Shown here in pieces: positions 33,627 to 46,500 of a DNA stretch of 64,000 bases. Position numbers and translations under genes: made by a program. The notes beneath the pieces were generated by a model. It was not told the DNA's origin, ran no database searches, and saw nothing but the letters and a program-made list of their open reading frames with translations. This DNA is from Azolla caroliniana. Taxonomy: Eukaryota > Plantae > Polypodiophyta. Location of the stretch: the NCBI GenBank assembly GCA_043228905.1, contig JBHGNT010000010.1:1116001-1180000 (forward strand), in the 5' to 3' direction. Every line of letters starts with the position of its first letter. Within the stretch, counting starts at the first letter, position 1.

Positions 33627-36600
33627 AAGTAGTTAGTGATTATCATTTTGTTGTATAGAGAGAGAGGGAGGGAGAGAGAGGGAGGGAGAGAGAGAGATAC
33701 AGAACGAGTTTTTGTTGTAACCGCCGGTTGGCGAAGACATAGAGCTCAAGGTCATTGCCTCTATGTCTCCTGTTGTACCTCCTTTCTCATATAGTGATAG
33801 TTGGAGTCAGTGGGCTCCCGTGGTTTTTTCCCTATTAAGGTTTTCCACGTAAACATCCTGTGTCGTCTCTTTTGTGTAAGTGTATTAACCTCTATTTCTA
33901 TTGTTGTTCTTCCATCAAGTGTTTGAGTCTCAGTTGTGGCCGAGCACTATTCCACACACTCTAGGTTGACAATCATGAAAGTGGAGTGGGAAAAATAGGT
34001 CTTGTGCATTGGCCAAGGTGGCATGGGATGTTTTGATTAGGCCAAAAAGCGAGGGAGGGTTGGCTTTAATAAATCTCTTGATACAATCTCGAGCTCTCTT
34101 GACAAAGTTTGTAGTTAGAGGACTGTTGCCAAGGATAGAGGGATGGAAGGGTATGTTGCTTAATCAACTGATGCAATATCTCCCAAGACGGGAGGAAATT
34201 GGTTGCCTTCTTTGAATTGGATGTTCTTGATAGATGTACAGACACTGAAACGGAATCTAACATCCAAAAGATTTCTCTTGGGAATCGTCAAAGCATGGGA
34301 TGTAATCACGATTTTCTTACACAAATAGATGCCTAACACGTGGGATGGTTGGATGAATAAGCCGCTTTTGGCTAATTCTCTCGTCTGGGATTCTATTGGA
34401 AATTTATTGGGCCTTAGACCTCGTCTTGCATGGGGAAAACTTGACAATGGGCCAGCAAAATCAGTAGGATCCTAGATTCATTTTCAGCAAATGCCAGAAG
34501 TGGATCGGCTTATGCAGTTACACTCAATATATGGGGCGAAGACAATGACAATGGATATTTCAGCAACCTTCTCACAGGCCTCAACGTGACTTCGGCCAAT
34601 GTAGGAGCATATGTGGTTTGGCTTCCTTATGAATGACATGATGCTCTATGTTAAAGGAATTTCTACAGACGGGTGTATTTTTTATTTCCATATTCAACAG
34701 GATAATAAATTGTAGTCAATTTACTAAGATAATTTACTACAAAATCTACTCACTATTCTAGTTAGGGCAATTGCCAAAACTGGTAAGAAATGGCTCTTGG
34801 ATCCAGAACCATCAATAGCTCATTTGTGGGTTATGCTTTGGTTATATGCACGACAGCCAATTAATAGACTGATGTGGGACCCTAGGGGATGGTTCTGGAC
34901 CAGTCCCATGATGGATCCAATCCAGAAAGTTCCGTTCTTTGAGTATATTGTGAAATTTGGTAGAACCTTACTCATGTCTAAGAATATTCCAACTCCTGTG
35001 GCTCAAAAACATTGGAATAAGTGGGGTGTTTCAAGCATTCATTTGAAGGCTTATTGGAAATGGATTTGGTCTTTCAACGGACCAACATAATATATTCTCT
35101 TTAGATGGCTTTTACTACATGCAACACTACTAGTAGGCCAGTCATTGAAAGGAAATGTGGCAACCATTCTTAGACAATGTGGTTATTGCAACGACTTGTA
35201 GGAAACTACCAAGCATTCTCTCTGGTCTTGCTCACTAGCCCAGCAGGTATGGAATATAGTTTTTTCTTTATTTGTGACAATTAATGTAGGTTGCCTCTTC
35301 TCCTGGGGATCAGCGGTATGGGGGGGTTCTCCATTCCAGTCTCTAAGCATTGTATGAGGCAGAGGATGCTCTAGATGCTACGACAGTCATTAACATGCAT
35401 CTAATATTTGTCTACCCTTTTCCGCAACCTCGAAAGGAAATGCGTGCAACCCATGTATGGAAAACAGTACCTACAGTTACCTTCTGGATCTTATGGAAGT
35501 ATCATTGTAAAAGACAATATGATTCCATGATTCCCCTTCTCTCAGATATATTGTCGGAATTATGGGAGAGCTTATTAGTGGTAGTGTGTGGGCAATATGA
35601 CAATATGTCGGGATCTTCGGAGGTTGTTCTTAAGAAAAGGAAAAAATTACTGTAGTTATGGAGGAAGTTGCCTCTATTCACGGTCTCCTTTCAAGGACTA
35701 ATCTGGAAATATCATCACCCCTGGTGCCTTAATCATCCTTTTTGTATATAACACTCTCTAATTGTACATTTTGTTGCCTTTCGACGTTTTTTAATACTAA
35801 TGAAGAAAATCTTTTTGGAAAAAAAAAAGTACAACCTAAGGGTGTTTTTACTACTTTGGTGTCTTTTCCTTAAAGAAGAAGTAGAAGAATGGATCACGCA
35901 TTATACCATTTATTAGGTAGATATAGATTTTTGTTTTCTACTGCCAATTGTTTAAAACTTAAGAACATAGAAAACTATCATACTAGAGACACATTAGCGA
36001 AATAAATTGAACACTTAAGTCTATAGTGGACGAGCAAAAACTCATTGCAACGGAGAGCAAAGCACATGTCAACACAACCCAAATGGGTTAAAAAATAAAG
36101 TTGACAATGTTTTGAGTAGCCAAAAATTGAAGGAAAAACTATGTATGTTGCTAAGGAGACACCATGCAAAGCAAGCACATTACCAGTTCACATGTGTTGC
36201 TAGTACAAAGTGCTAGTTGTAGGTAAACCAACCATTATCATGAGTAGGGGGAGTTCCTTTTTCCAAATACTGGTGATGCCATCACATCCTTGTTTTCTAC
36301 ACCGTAGTTTTCATCTCCCAAAATTTGGTCGCACCTCCCGCTTCTTTTCACATCACACCTTCCCATACTTATTTTCAAGACCATAACACACCTCTATCTC
36401 TCTAGTCACCAACACATTATAATGAACTTATCACATTGTTTTAGTGGTCGTATCAATGAGATAATATATATTTATTCCTCTTTGTGAATTTGAATATTTG
36501 ATTATTGTCCAAATAATTCATGGCTCATAACTTTGCTTGAACTTTAGAAGTTCCAAAATATTAATGTCCATTTTGCCCATTATCTCAAGCAAAGTCCACA

Positions 36601-37463
36601 AATTACTAAGAAAATATATAAACTCATGATCAAAACCATGAAGCTATATCATTGAAATCGATCACCTTCCCTCGGTATGTGTATAGCATGTGATAAATGA
36701 TCAAGTGGGCCCAAATCAATTATTATCCTCCCAAATCCATCCAAGGTGGAAGCCTTGTATATAGGAAATAAACTAACAAATATTCTACTTTATAGCTCAA
36801 ATTACCAAAAAGAAGTTCAATGGATCCATAGAAAGCATGATATGATGGACACACATTCCTAGCCACATGAAATTACCTTGTAAATTTATGACATTTGAAA
36901 TGTTGTTAACTCATTATAGACATATAATATTCCAATGCAATGACAAAGAAAGTAATAATGATCATAACTTTATCCTCAATGTGTAAAGGAGATTCCATGC
37001 ATTTCTCAGTTCCTTATCAACACAATTTTAAAATCACTTAACAACAACGAATGGTTTAGTTTTCTTTTTTTGTGTGTGTCCCATCTTATTAACATGTAAG
37101 GTAGAAAACAAGAAAAACGCAAAAGTCTACCAATCTAACATATAGGTGGTGAACCAAACATTTCCAATGACATATTTATGAACATACGGAGTGATAGACT
37201 TTTTGCTTTTAAGTGGATTTCATATAATAAACCAATCACAAGGTGGGTTATCTAGGGTCTTGCAACCTAGAAGATGGATGTCCAAAGTGATAAAAGACTA
37301 CCATTGTTGGGAGGGCCAGAATGTACATGCAAGTTTGGGAGGGAAGGGAAGCTTCTGAGTGAGTAAAAAAAAGAAGAGCTAATTAATGATCACGTGTGGG
37401 AGGGAAGGGAAGCTTGTGAGTGAGTAAAAAAAAGGAAGCCCATGCATAACCATGAAATGGCAT

Positions 37464-37855
37464 GTTTTCATGAGTACGGAAGGAAATCTAGCCAGTATGG
37501 GAGATATTGCGTGGTACCATTGTATATCACAGTTGGAAGACTTAGTGCTCTCTTGTTTTCCATCAACTTAAAATACTACCAACTTAAGTGGTTTCAAATA
37601 TTTGGTTAGACATAGTTCATATTTTGAAGGGGCAATGGTATGGTATAGCTCTAGATTCTGAGGCTAAAATTACTCAACAACATGAGTTTCTTATTATCTG
37701 GACAACTACTCCATTCATGACTTCCAATTACAGCACTCCTTATTGGCATTTTCAGCCTTTGAAATTGTTGTTTCCCCCTCTGATCACATAAAAGTTTAAA
37801 GTCTCTTGTAAAACGTTTTATACTAATGATAGGATATCTTCTTAAAAAAAAAAAA
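37464..37855 (+). mobile_element. 5'-truncated LINE copy upstream of CHS
   Basis: ORF2 C-terminal remnant (SNIWLDIVHILKGQWY, compare SELWESLLVVVCGQYD at 35.6 kb); 3' end similar to 35780-35828; A12 tail; imperfect TSD CCATGAAATGGCAT/CCATGGCATGGCAT (37450-37463, 37856-37869). Confidence 0.75.
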
Positions 37856-38081
37856 CCATGGCATGGCATTAAATGTCATGGGCATGCCCATGGAGGGCTC
37901 AGGGAACGTGTTGGAGGCATATTCTAAATGTGTAATAATGACGGGGTCGTAGACTCTAGTGTGTAAGCAAGAAGCATGACGAGGTAAGATCCACACGGAT
38001 AGTCCCTTGGACATGCACCATCATCATCACCATAAATTATAATCATCACCATCATGATACCTACATTCAGTAAAGACTTTG

Positions 38082-38088
38082 TATAATA
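38082..38088 (+). promoter_or_regulatory. Putative TATA box of CHS
   Basis: TATATAA about 150 nt upstream of the ATG, followed by a pyrimidine-rich leader; MYB-site-like ACCTACA at 38059-38065. Confidence 0.55.
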
Positions 38089-38233
38089 TAATTCCTTCTC
38101 TCCCTTCACCAAAGTACATCACTTTCCACAAGTTCTTTCTAACTATCTCTCACACACATACACTTCCCTCTTGTTTGTGTTGTGTGTCAATTGTGTGAGA
38201 GAGGGACACATCTAGAGTCTTGTACCCAATCCA

Positions 38234-39606
38234 ATGGCTTCCTTCAAACCCGTCCCTCGTAAAATGGAGCGTGCCCAGGGCCCCGCGTCCGTCCTCGCCA
38301 TCGGCACCGCCAACCCGCCCAACGAATTCTTGCAGAGCGACTACCCCAACTTCTACTTCAACATCACCAATAGCAACCATATGTCCGACCTCAAGCTCAA
38401 ATTCCAACGCATTTGTAAGTACAAAACATCATTTCAACTAGGAGCTCGTAATGTAATTAGATTTAGACTAGTGGTTTCTAGTGATCTATCCGTGTTGGCC
38501 ACCTCGCGTGAAATGACCCATCTCCGTAGTAGCGCTAACTCGGATCTTGGTTCCTTCATGTAGGCGACAAGTCGGGGATCAAGAAGCGGTACATGTACTT
38601 GACTGAGGAGATACTGAAGGAGAATCCCAACATGTGTGCCTACTGGGAGAAGTCATTGGATGCTCGGCAAGACATGGTGGTGGTGGAGGTGCCGAAGCTC
38701 GCCAAAGAAGCGGCGACCAAGGCCATCAAGGAATGGGGGCAACTGAAGTCGAAGATCACTCACCTTGTGTTTTGTACCACAAGCGGTGTGGACATGCCGG
38801 GGGCTGATTGGGCTCTAACCAAGCTCCTCGGCCTTCGTCCCACCGTGAAGCGCCTAATGATGTACCAACAAGGCTGCTTCGCCGGGGGCACGGTCATGAG
38901 GATTGCCAAGGACTTGGCCGAGAACAACAAAGGCGCGAGAGTGTTGGTGGTGTGTAGCGAGCTCACTGCGGTGACATTCCGAGGGCCGAGCGAGACCCAG
39001 CTCGACAGCCTAGTTGGGCAGGCGCTCTTTGGAGATGGCGCCGCGGCTCTCATTGTCGGGTCGGACCCCGACCCAAAGATCGAGCGCGTGTGGTTCGAGG
39101 TCCATTATGTTGCCTCCAATATCTTGCCCGACTCCGATGATGCCATCGAAGGACATGTCCGCGAGGTCGGCGTTACCTTCCACCTTATGAAAGATGTCCC
39201 CAAGATCATCTCAAAGAACATCGGAGGGGTACTCAAGGATTCATTCGAGAAGGCATTCGGGCCCGACCCCAACGACACTCCCGAGCTCAATGACCTCTTC
39301 TGGATCACGCACCCGGGTGGACCCGCCATTCTCGACCAGGTCGAGCAGAAGCTCGAATTGAAGCCCGCCAAGATGGCATCCAGCCGCCATATCTTATCGG
39401 AGTACGGGAACATGTCGAGTGCATGCGTGCTTTTCATCATGGACCACATGAGGAAGAAGTCTGTCGAACAAAAGCTGGCTACTACTGGGGAAGGTCACGA
39501 ATGGGGATTACTCCTCGGATTCGGACCAGGCCTCACGTGCGAGACAGTGCTGCTCCGGAGTGTTCCTCTTGAGAATGGGTCGACCGAGGTAACTGCAGCC
39601 AACTGA
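38234..39606 (+). CDS. CHS: Chalcone synthase (type III polyketide synthase), 407 aa; exons 38234-38414 and 38564-39606
   Basis: Single GT-AG intron (38415-38563, branch-like GCTAAC) splitting the conserved Cys codon (T/GC). Triad Cys (QQGCFAGG), His (THPGG), Asn (YGNMSS); equivalents of Thr197, Phe215, Gly256, Phe265 and Ser338 of alfalfa CHS2; GFGPG motif; no stops. Confidence 0.96.
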
Positions 39607-40814
39607 ATTGATCTTATATTAACTCATGGTGGTTATAAATGAGTTCAAGAGTATGAAAAATTGTGCTTCTTAATGAATCCAATGTTTTCATACTCGTCCT
39701 CGTCTTCGTTATCCTTTAAGATTGTTGTAAAATGAATTCAAAATCCTCTTGAATAAGATATGTATTGGCCTGGTATAACATCGTCATGAGCTAATGCATA
39801 GTATGCATATGCTATATTTGTACTCAAGCTAAATTAATAGATTGTGTTTTTTATTTCTTTGTTGAATCTCTTTCAATTGAGGTGGATTTAACTAGCTATA
39901 TTTTTTTTCTCGACATGGTTAGGTCTTAGGTTTGATTCTTAGTTTTTCATTGCAACTGCATTCTACAAAGTATTTCATTGATTTGTAATTACTTACCTAA
40001 TTGCGATCTTACCTTTGTGGTAAGCTATTACGCGATCAACAGTAAGGTCTTCACTTCGAGGCTCGACTATCACACTTTTCTCTCTCTCTAATTCTCTAGA
40101 TGCCATTGTGGAATTTAGTGTTGAATGTATGATCTTCTTGTCCCTACTAGACAACGTTATTCTAGCTCATCTCTCTCCCTCCGTCTCTCTCTCAATCACG
40201 CCCTTTTTCAATGTAAACATATTATGAAATGGGAAAACTCTTAAGACTCATGTTTCACACATTATATTATGTACATATGTTGTAGGTAACTACTAAACCA
40301 TAATATCTATTGAACATGGAAACTTCACATGTCAGTACATGTTACAACTCTTTCGATTGTTTGGCATCTGAACCATTACTTATGTATTACTAAGCTCACT
40401 CTCACTATGATGTGAGACATGATGTTCGGGCATAAGTTATTAGAGTAGGGAATTGTGCAAAATTTTCCCTAAACAAGTTTGTTTACTTGGAGCATTAAAA
40501 ACACTTTGTTAATGTGTTAGACTAATTGTGAATGTAGATAAAACAAAAATAACGATAGTGTGAACCATCTAATCTCATTGAGACCCTTCACTCACATATA
40601 AGTATCTTAGTATTGGTGTACCCTCCACTAATAAATGGAGTATACACCATGAGTCGAGGGTTAAAGCTGGTTGGGAAATGTATTCTATGTTGGAGGAACA
40701 ATGCAACAAAAGTGATACTTATGGATGGGAAGGAAAACTAATGTTATTTAAGGCAATGGTATTGTAACATATACCAAATAGCTCAAAGTATCACCCTTGG
40801 TTTCTATTTATAAT

Positions 40815-41272
40815 TATTAGAGACATAGACTAATGTAAGCATTAGATAAGGATAGAATAAAGATAAATGGATAGAAAGGAGAGAGAGAAAGAAGGGTGCC
40901 GATCCACCCGACCACCCCCTAGCGAAGGGATCAAGACGAACTCGAGCCTCGATCGGCGTCCCATACCACCGCCGTGGCGTCAAGTCGTACCTGGTGCTGG
41001 CGCTCTCGCTACAAGAGTTGACCCACCACAAGACAGAGTCTCGATGTAGTCAACAAGAAAATGAAATGAGGGTAGCTAGGCCTCTTATTTATAGCGATAC
41101 CTAAGGCCCCTAGCCAAGTTCACACTTGGCCTAATGGGTTGTCTCAATCCCGAGGATTTAAAAGTAATCCTCCCCTTCTTTACACTCTCATTTAACCCTC
41201 ACACTTATCCACGTGTATAGAATACTATAGTAAATTCTCACCACGGGATATTATATGGTCATGCCCGTAACA
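40815..41272. mobile_element. Solo LTR (458 bp) inside the 3' LTR of E
   Basis: TATTAG (from TGTTAG)...GTAACA; TSD ATAAT (40810-40814, 41273-41277); absent from the other E LTR. Confidence 0.82.
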
Positions 41273-43592
41273 ATAATAGTTTTAGTTACAAACTTTATTC
41301 TTGCTCCACTACACAACACTTCCTCCTTTTTGAAAGTAAAAAAAACAGGGTTTATGGTGAACGTATAGATCCATAAAGGGAACCTCGACTACAGAATCAA
41401 AGAGGAACGACCTCATTTCAGCCGAAACCTTGGGTTCCTAATTAGAGGGGAGTGCCCTCATCCCAACAACAATACTAGAATCATCAACCGGAATGACCTC
41501 GGGGGCGCATGTAATGTGATCCTCAGTTGACAGCTTGCGTCCTACATCCGGAGTAGTTATAGGTTCACGTTTAATTCGGCATATGTGAGCTACTGTTTTA
41601 GAGGAATTTGATGTGCGTCCCAAGCGGTATGTCTGTGGTCCAACATGTGCCAAAACTGTGTAAGGACCTAGACATCTATGCATGAATGATTCACAAAGTC
41701 CTGCCTTGAGAATCAGGTAGTATAGTTAGACTGTTTCTCCTATTTGTAGTTTGAGTGGTGTATGAGAAGCGCCAAAATACTTTTTCTGTCATTTTTGGGC
41801 CATGCGCAGGTTCTATGGGATTGCGTGTCGCAATAGTGGCTGATTCGTCATTTGGTTGCATCCGTGTGGTGAAGTTGGGCTTTTATGGAATGTATGTCTG
41901 GCGGCAACCTTGGATTGCGACCATACAATGCCTGAAAAGGGCTTATGCGAGTAGATTCCTGTATTGAGGTATTGTATGCATGAACAACGAATGGTAGAAC
42001 TTGATCCCATGATTGGTGTAATGGATCCACATATTCTGTGATTACTTGTTTAATTGTTCAATTTAGGCATTCGGTGAGCCCGTTAGACTGCGGATGATAC
42101 GATGATGTGAAGACTTGTGTGATGCCCAAACTGTGGTTAAGTATGCGAATAACCTCGTTGGGGAATTGTGATCCTTGGTCCGACAAAAGTTGGCGTGGGC
42201 AACCATGGGGAAAAATAACTCATTGAAGTAGTGCATGGGCGACCGAGTTAGCTGTGGCATCGGATAGGGCAATCGCCTCACACCAATGGGTTAGGTATTC
42301 AATGATCACCAAAATGTACTTATTGCCATTAATTGAAGTAGGGAAAGGGCCCATGAGGTCCCATCCCACCAACTTGAAGGGCATCTGTGGTTCTATGGGG
42401 TGTAATGTCCTGTACAATTGTTGTGGAGCCTTCATTGACTTACATGTTTGACATGCTTTCAGGAATTGGGAGATTGATTGACGAAGCTTGGGCCAATAGT
42501 AGAGGGACCGAATGCGATGTAATACCTTATGGAATCCGAAGTGGCCGGTGACTTCACTTTTGTGGTAGAACTCTAGATAGCTTGGACAAAGAGAATCTGG
42601 TACGTAGACTTGTGGTGGTTGACCTTGGGTTACAAAATGTAAAATGTTATTAATAATTATAAAGTTACAATGGATGTGATTTTTCCTACCTCCTTGGATT
42701 TGTAGGATTATCTCTTTAATAGTAGGGTCTTGTTGTTGTAGCTCTGCGATTTGCTGAGGGTGAATAGGGGGCTCATCCTTTTGTATGTTGAGTTAGGAGG
42801 CTAGGCGGTAAGGAATCTGCAATTCAGGATAAGGAATCCGCAACTATATTCGTGATGCCTCGGCGGTAAGTTAGGGTAAATTTGTATTCTTGTAGTGCTA
42901 ATGCCCACCTGAGTAGTCGTCCTGGTTGATGACTTCTGTTGATCAAGGAGAGGAGTGGTTGATGGTCTGTCTGTGGTACCATGCAAATAAGGGTGGAATT
43001 TCTGGAAGGCCAAGGCCATTGCCAAGAATTCCTTCTCTGTTGTTGAGTAATTTTGTTTTGCTTTTGTTAGTGCTCGGTTGATGTAAGCGATAGGCCGCCA
43101 TTCATCTGTGTGGTCTTGTTGTAACAATATTGCACCTATTCCTACATTAGACGCATCTGCCTGCACATGGAATGTCTGACTAAAATCAGGAAAAGCTAAT
43201 GTGGCGGCATCTTTGATGAGTTTTTTTGTTTCATTAAAACTGTTTATGCAGGCGGTGGACCATGTAAATTTGGTTCCCTTCTCCAAAAGCATTTGAAGAG
43301 GTTGTGTGACAATGGCCAATTGTCGTACAAACTGTTCTGAAAAATTCAATAGGCCTAGGAAACTTTGTAGTGTTTTGATGTTAGCTGCGTTTGGATAATC
43401 TGTTATGGCTTTGATTTTTGCAGGATTCATGCTAATGCCGGTGGCTGAAATGATAAATCCCAAGAACTTCAATGATGTCGCACCCCATTGACATTTTTTC
43501 CATTGTAGTTGCGGATTATATTTTTGGATATGTCGGAGCACCTCTCCCAAGACTAAGGTGTGCCACTACCAATTAGAAGCATCATGCATTAG

Positions 43593-46500
43593 TGTAAAAA
43601 GAATAGCGTGCGGAAGCAATAGAAAACCGAACGTAGGAGAGAACATAGGTTTAGTGGAAAGCTTGGACACACAGTACGCGGGAGAGACAGAGAGAGAGAA
43701 TACACACAACTCTATTAAAAAATAATACTCAATCTGTACATAAGATGTGCTTAGTGAGCACTTTTATACAAGTCCACACAGATTGACCGAAGTATTGACA
43801 CGTACTTCAATGCTCAAAAATGAGCTCTACACTAACTCCCAAAATATATTCCTACATGGAATATCTTTCCAACGGCCTCGCGGTGTCGTGAAGAAAACCG
43901 GCCATGGGCGGAATTAGAGAAAAAGGGGCATGAACCGGCTCTTACATGGGTGGACGCTGAATTGATATTTTGTACATGATTCATAATTAGGTCGGCTGAT
44001 GTAAAAACTAGGGAGTGTACATTTATTAGGGGATTGTGCGTATCTCTATTGAAAGGGACAGGGAATAAAGCAGTTTTGACTAGGGAGAAAGGGGCACCCC
44101 CTTTTGGGGACTATTTAAAGAGAGGAGAGAAGGAAGAGAAGGTATCGCGCGTTGGCGAGAACGAAGTGCTGCTGCAGAACCGAGTGCCGAGCTCTCTCTC
44201 CTTCGATCGTCGTTCTTTGTGGGTGTCGGGAGTTCGCTGCCTCTGCTTCGTGGACAACCCGTGTGCTTCCAGCAGAGTCTCTCTCTCTCTCTCCCCTTCC
44301 CCTTTTGTTTCTTCGAGTCGTGTGGCTGTCGTCGGTGTGCGTGAGTAGGACCCATTGTCAGGTCCATTACCGGGTTGCCGGTTGTAATTGTTCGAGTTGT
44401 AAGCTATTGATTATAGTAATCGGATTCCTGTTTTCTTGCTCTTAATCTCTTTCTGTGTACCTGCAACTCTCACTCTCTCCTTGGTCCAAGACCCCTGTGG
44501 TCCCGCCTCTTCCTACACGCGAACGCGAAATTTCGCGATATATTTGGTAAACCCCACGTGAACAGGCGGCAAAGGAGTCGAAAGATGAGGGGATCGGAGC
44601 TAGCAGAGGCAATGGCGGCAGCCGTCGACCAGCTGGTAAGCGCTCGTGAGGGGACGAGTACCCTCGATAGAGCCATCGAATCGTTCGTCGACATTATAGG
44701 CCGGTTCGGAGGGAAAGACAACACATGTTATTTGGAGGCTTACTGGGCCGAAATGATCATGAGGGATATCCCGGTGGACAGGCGGCTGTCCGGATTCCCT
44801 CGGGTGGTGATGTCGAGCATCCATGCGGAGGTGCTCGAGGTGCTGGCCGGATGCCAGACTTGGGAGGAGTTCGAGCTGCACCTCCTCGAGAAGTACGGGT
44901 TTGACGACTCGCTTCGGCGGTCGAGGCGGGACTTCATGGCGTGGGTGGAAAGCCCCGGAAAAGGGAGGAACACGTCAGTGCTCCTCCAGGAGTTCGACAA
45001 ACGGTTCGCACGGCTGTCGACGCTGGACCGGACCATGCTCGAAACGAGTCGAGTACTACTGTTTGTCAAGTTTATGGACGCGCACGACAGAGAAAAGGTG
45101 GGTCCCCTATTGGAAATGGATGAAGGGCTCATGACAGATTGGGCCGTGGCAAAACGGGTCAGCAGCCGTTTCGACAAACTACGCGATTGGAGCGACGGAA
45201 GCTCGTCCGGGTCAGGGCCAGTCCCGGCGAGGAGGCTCGAGGAGCCGGTATCGGTGCCAACCGGTAGGAAGGAAGAGACCCGAATTTGGCTGGAGTCGGG
45301 GTCGGCATCGAACGACGTGGTCAGAGGCCCATCCGGAGGAGCAACTCTGGAGGAGCTGACATAGATGGTGCGTGACTTGCAGATCACATAGGCACAGAGA
45401 GACAGCGGTGAACAATCTCGCGACCGGAGGCCACTGGCTGGGCAGCGGTGCATGTGGTGTGACGCGATTGGTCACATTCGGAAGGATTGCGCGGATTTCG
45501 CCGACGCGCTCAGGACCAATGTGGTGTACCTCTGGAACGGGCGGGTGCACAGGAGCGAGACCCGGAGAGCCCTAGAACTAAACACGGGGCGCGGCAGAAT
45601 GAAGAGGTTGATGGAAGAGGCCGCAGCACGACATGTAGAACCTGTTAACTACTCAATGTCGGCGGGAATTCCGGTCGGGGGTGATGAGACTCGGAAGGTG
45701 AAGGAGATTCTGGCCGGTAGTGCTAGAAGGCCTCTCCGGAGTTCGGCTGAAGAAGGAAGAGGCGGACCGCGCGGAGCAGCGGGTCCAGGAGGTCACCGGA
45801 TGGGACGATCCGGTCGAAGAGAAAACGGGCTTCGTAGAAGCCGCTTGCCAGAACTACGAGGTTCTGGTGGAAGACAAACGGGCAGGAAAGGCCAGGGGTG
45901 TCGGTCCCCCGCAGAGGTACGAGACCTAGTTCGGACCGAAACCGACCGGTGGCGGCAACCTAGGCGCACCGGACGGAATGAAGCAGGCGGGGTTTCGGTT
46001 GAGCACCGAAATCGAGAGAGCAATGGACCTACGGAAGGTCCTTGAAGAGCGGATCCTCGACAGTAAAGTGGAGCTGTTGTTGCGGGAGGTGCTGGGAATC
46101 GCAAAGAGGGAGTTCCACGACTCCATCGTAGACTTGGTGAAGCGAAAGAGGCCCTTGGCGGAGCCAAAACCGGAGAAGCCGGTGGAGGTTCGGACTACGC
46201 ACTTAGAAGACGCGGCCCTAGAAGACGAGTTGGCGGAAATCCACTACGCGAAGCCGCATTGGGCCAGGGTAACTACGAAGACCCCTGTGCGGATCGGTGA
46301 CGTTCTGGAACCGGTGGTGGCCTTGGTAGACCATGGATCCGAAATCAACCTGATGTCCATGGATTTCTACAAGAGGGGTAAATGGCTGATCAACACCAAG
46401 CATGGGTGGAAGATACGCGCGGCGACGTGAGCTACGGAGGAGCTGCATGGTGCGTGCTCGAATATACATGTAAAGGTTGGCGACGTTGAGATAGATCAAC

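Larger units (their letters stand above)
23756..33958 (+). mobile_element. Degenerate Ty1/copia element with two nested insertions
   Basis: LTRs 23756-24349 and 33376-33958; TSD CTCTA; PBS TGGTATGAGAGC (iMet, one mismatch) 24353-24364; PPT 33362-33375; WVVDSGAS, LELVHTDVC, QLDVK, LYVDDML, SIALSTTKAEY in copia order. Confidence 0.95.
22770..35828 (+). mobile_element. Degenerate L1-like LINE ORF2 3' part (22770-23755 and 33964-35828) with poly(A) tail, split by a copia element
   Basis: RT motifs WRPITLLNDIYK, LLDSEKAYDKV, QGCPLAP, EFVDDT; AKVAW...PKSEGGLA after the copia; A10 tail at 35819-35828. Confidence 0.9.

Noticed and set aside
38415-38563. Read-through of CHS exon 1 as a separate 109-aa protein
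   Set aside because: This is the canonical CHS intron; splicing restores one 407-aa frame.
35829-40600. Biosynthetic gene cluster around CHS
   Set aside because: No other host enzyme genes or exons are recognisable in the window.
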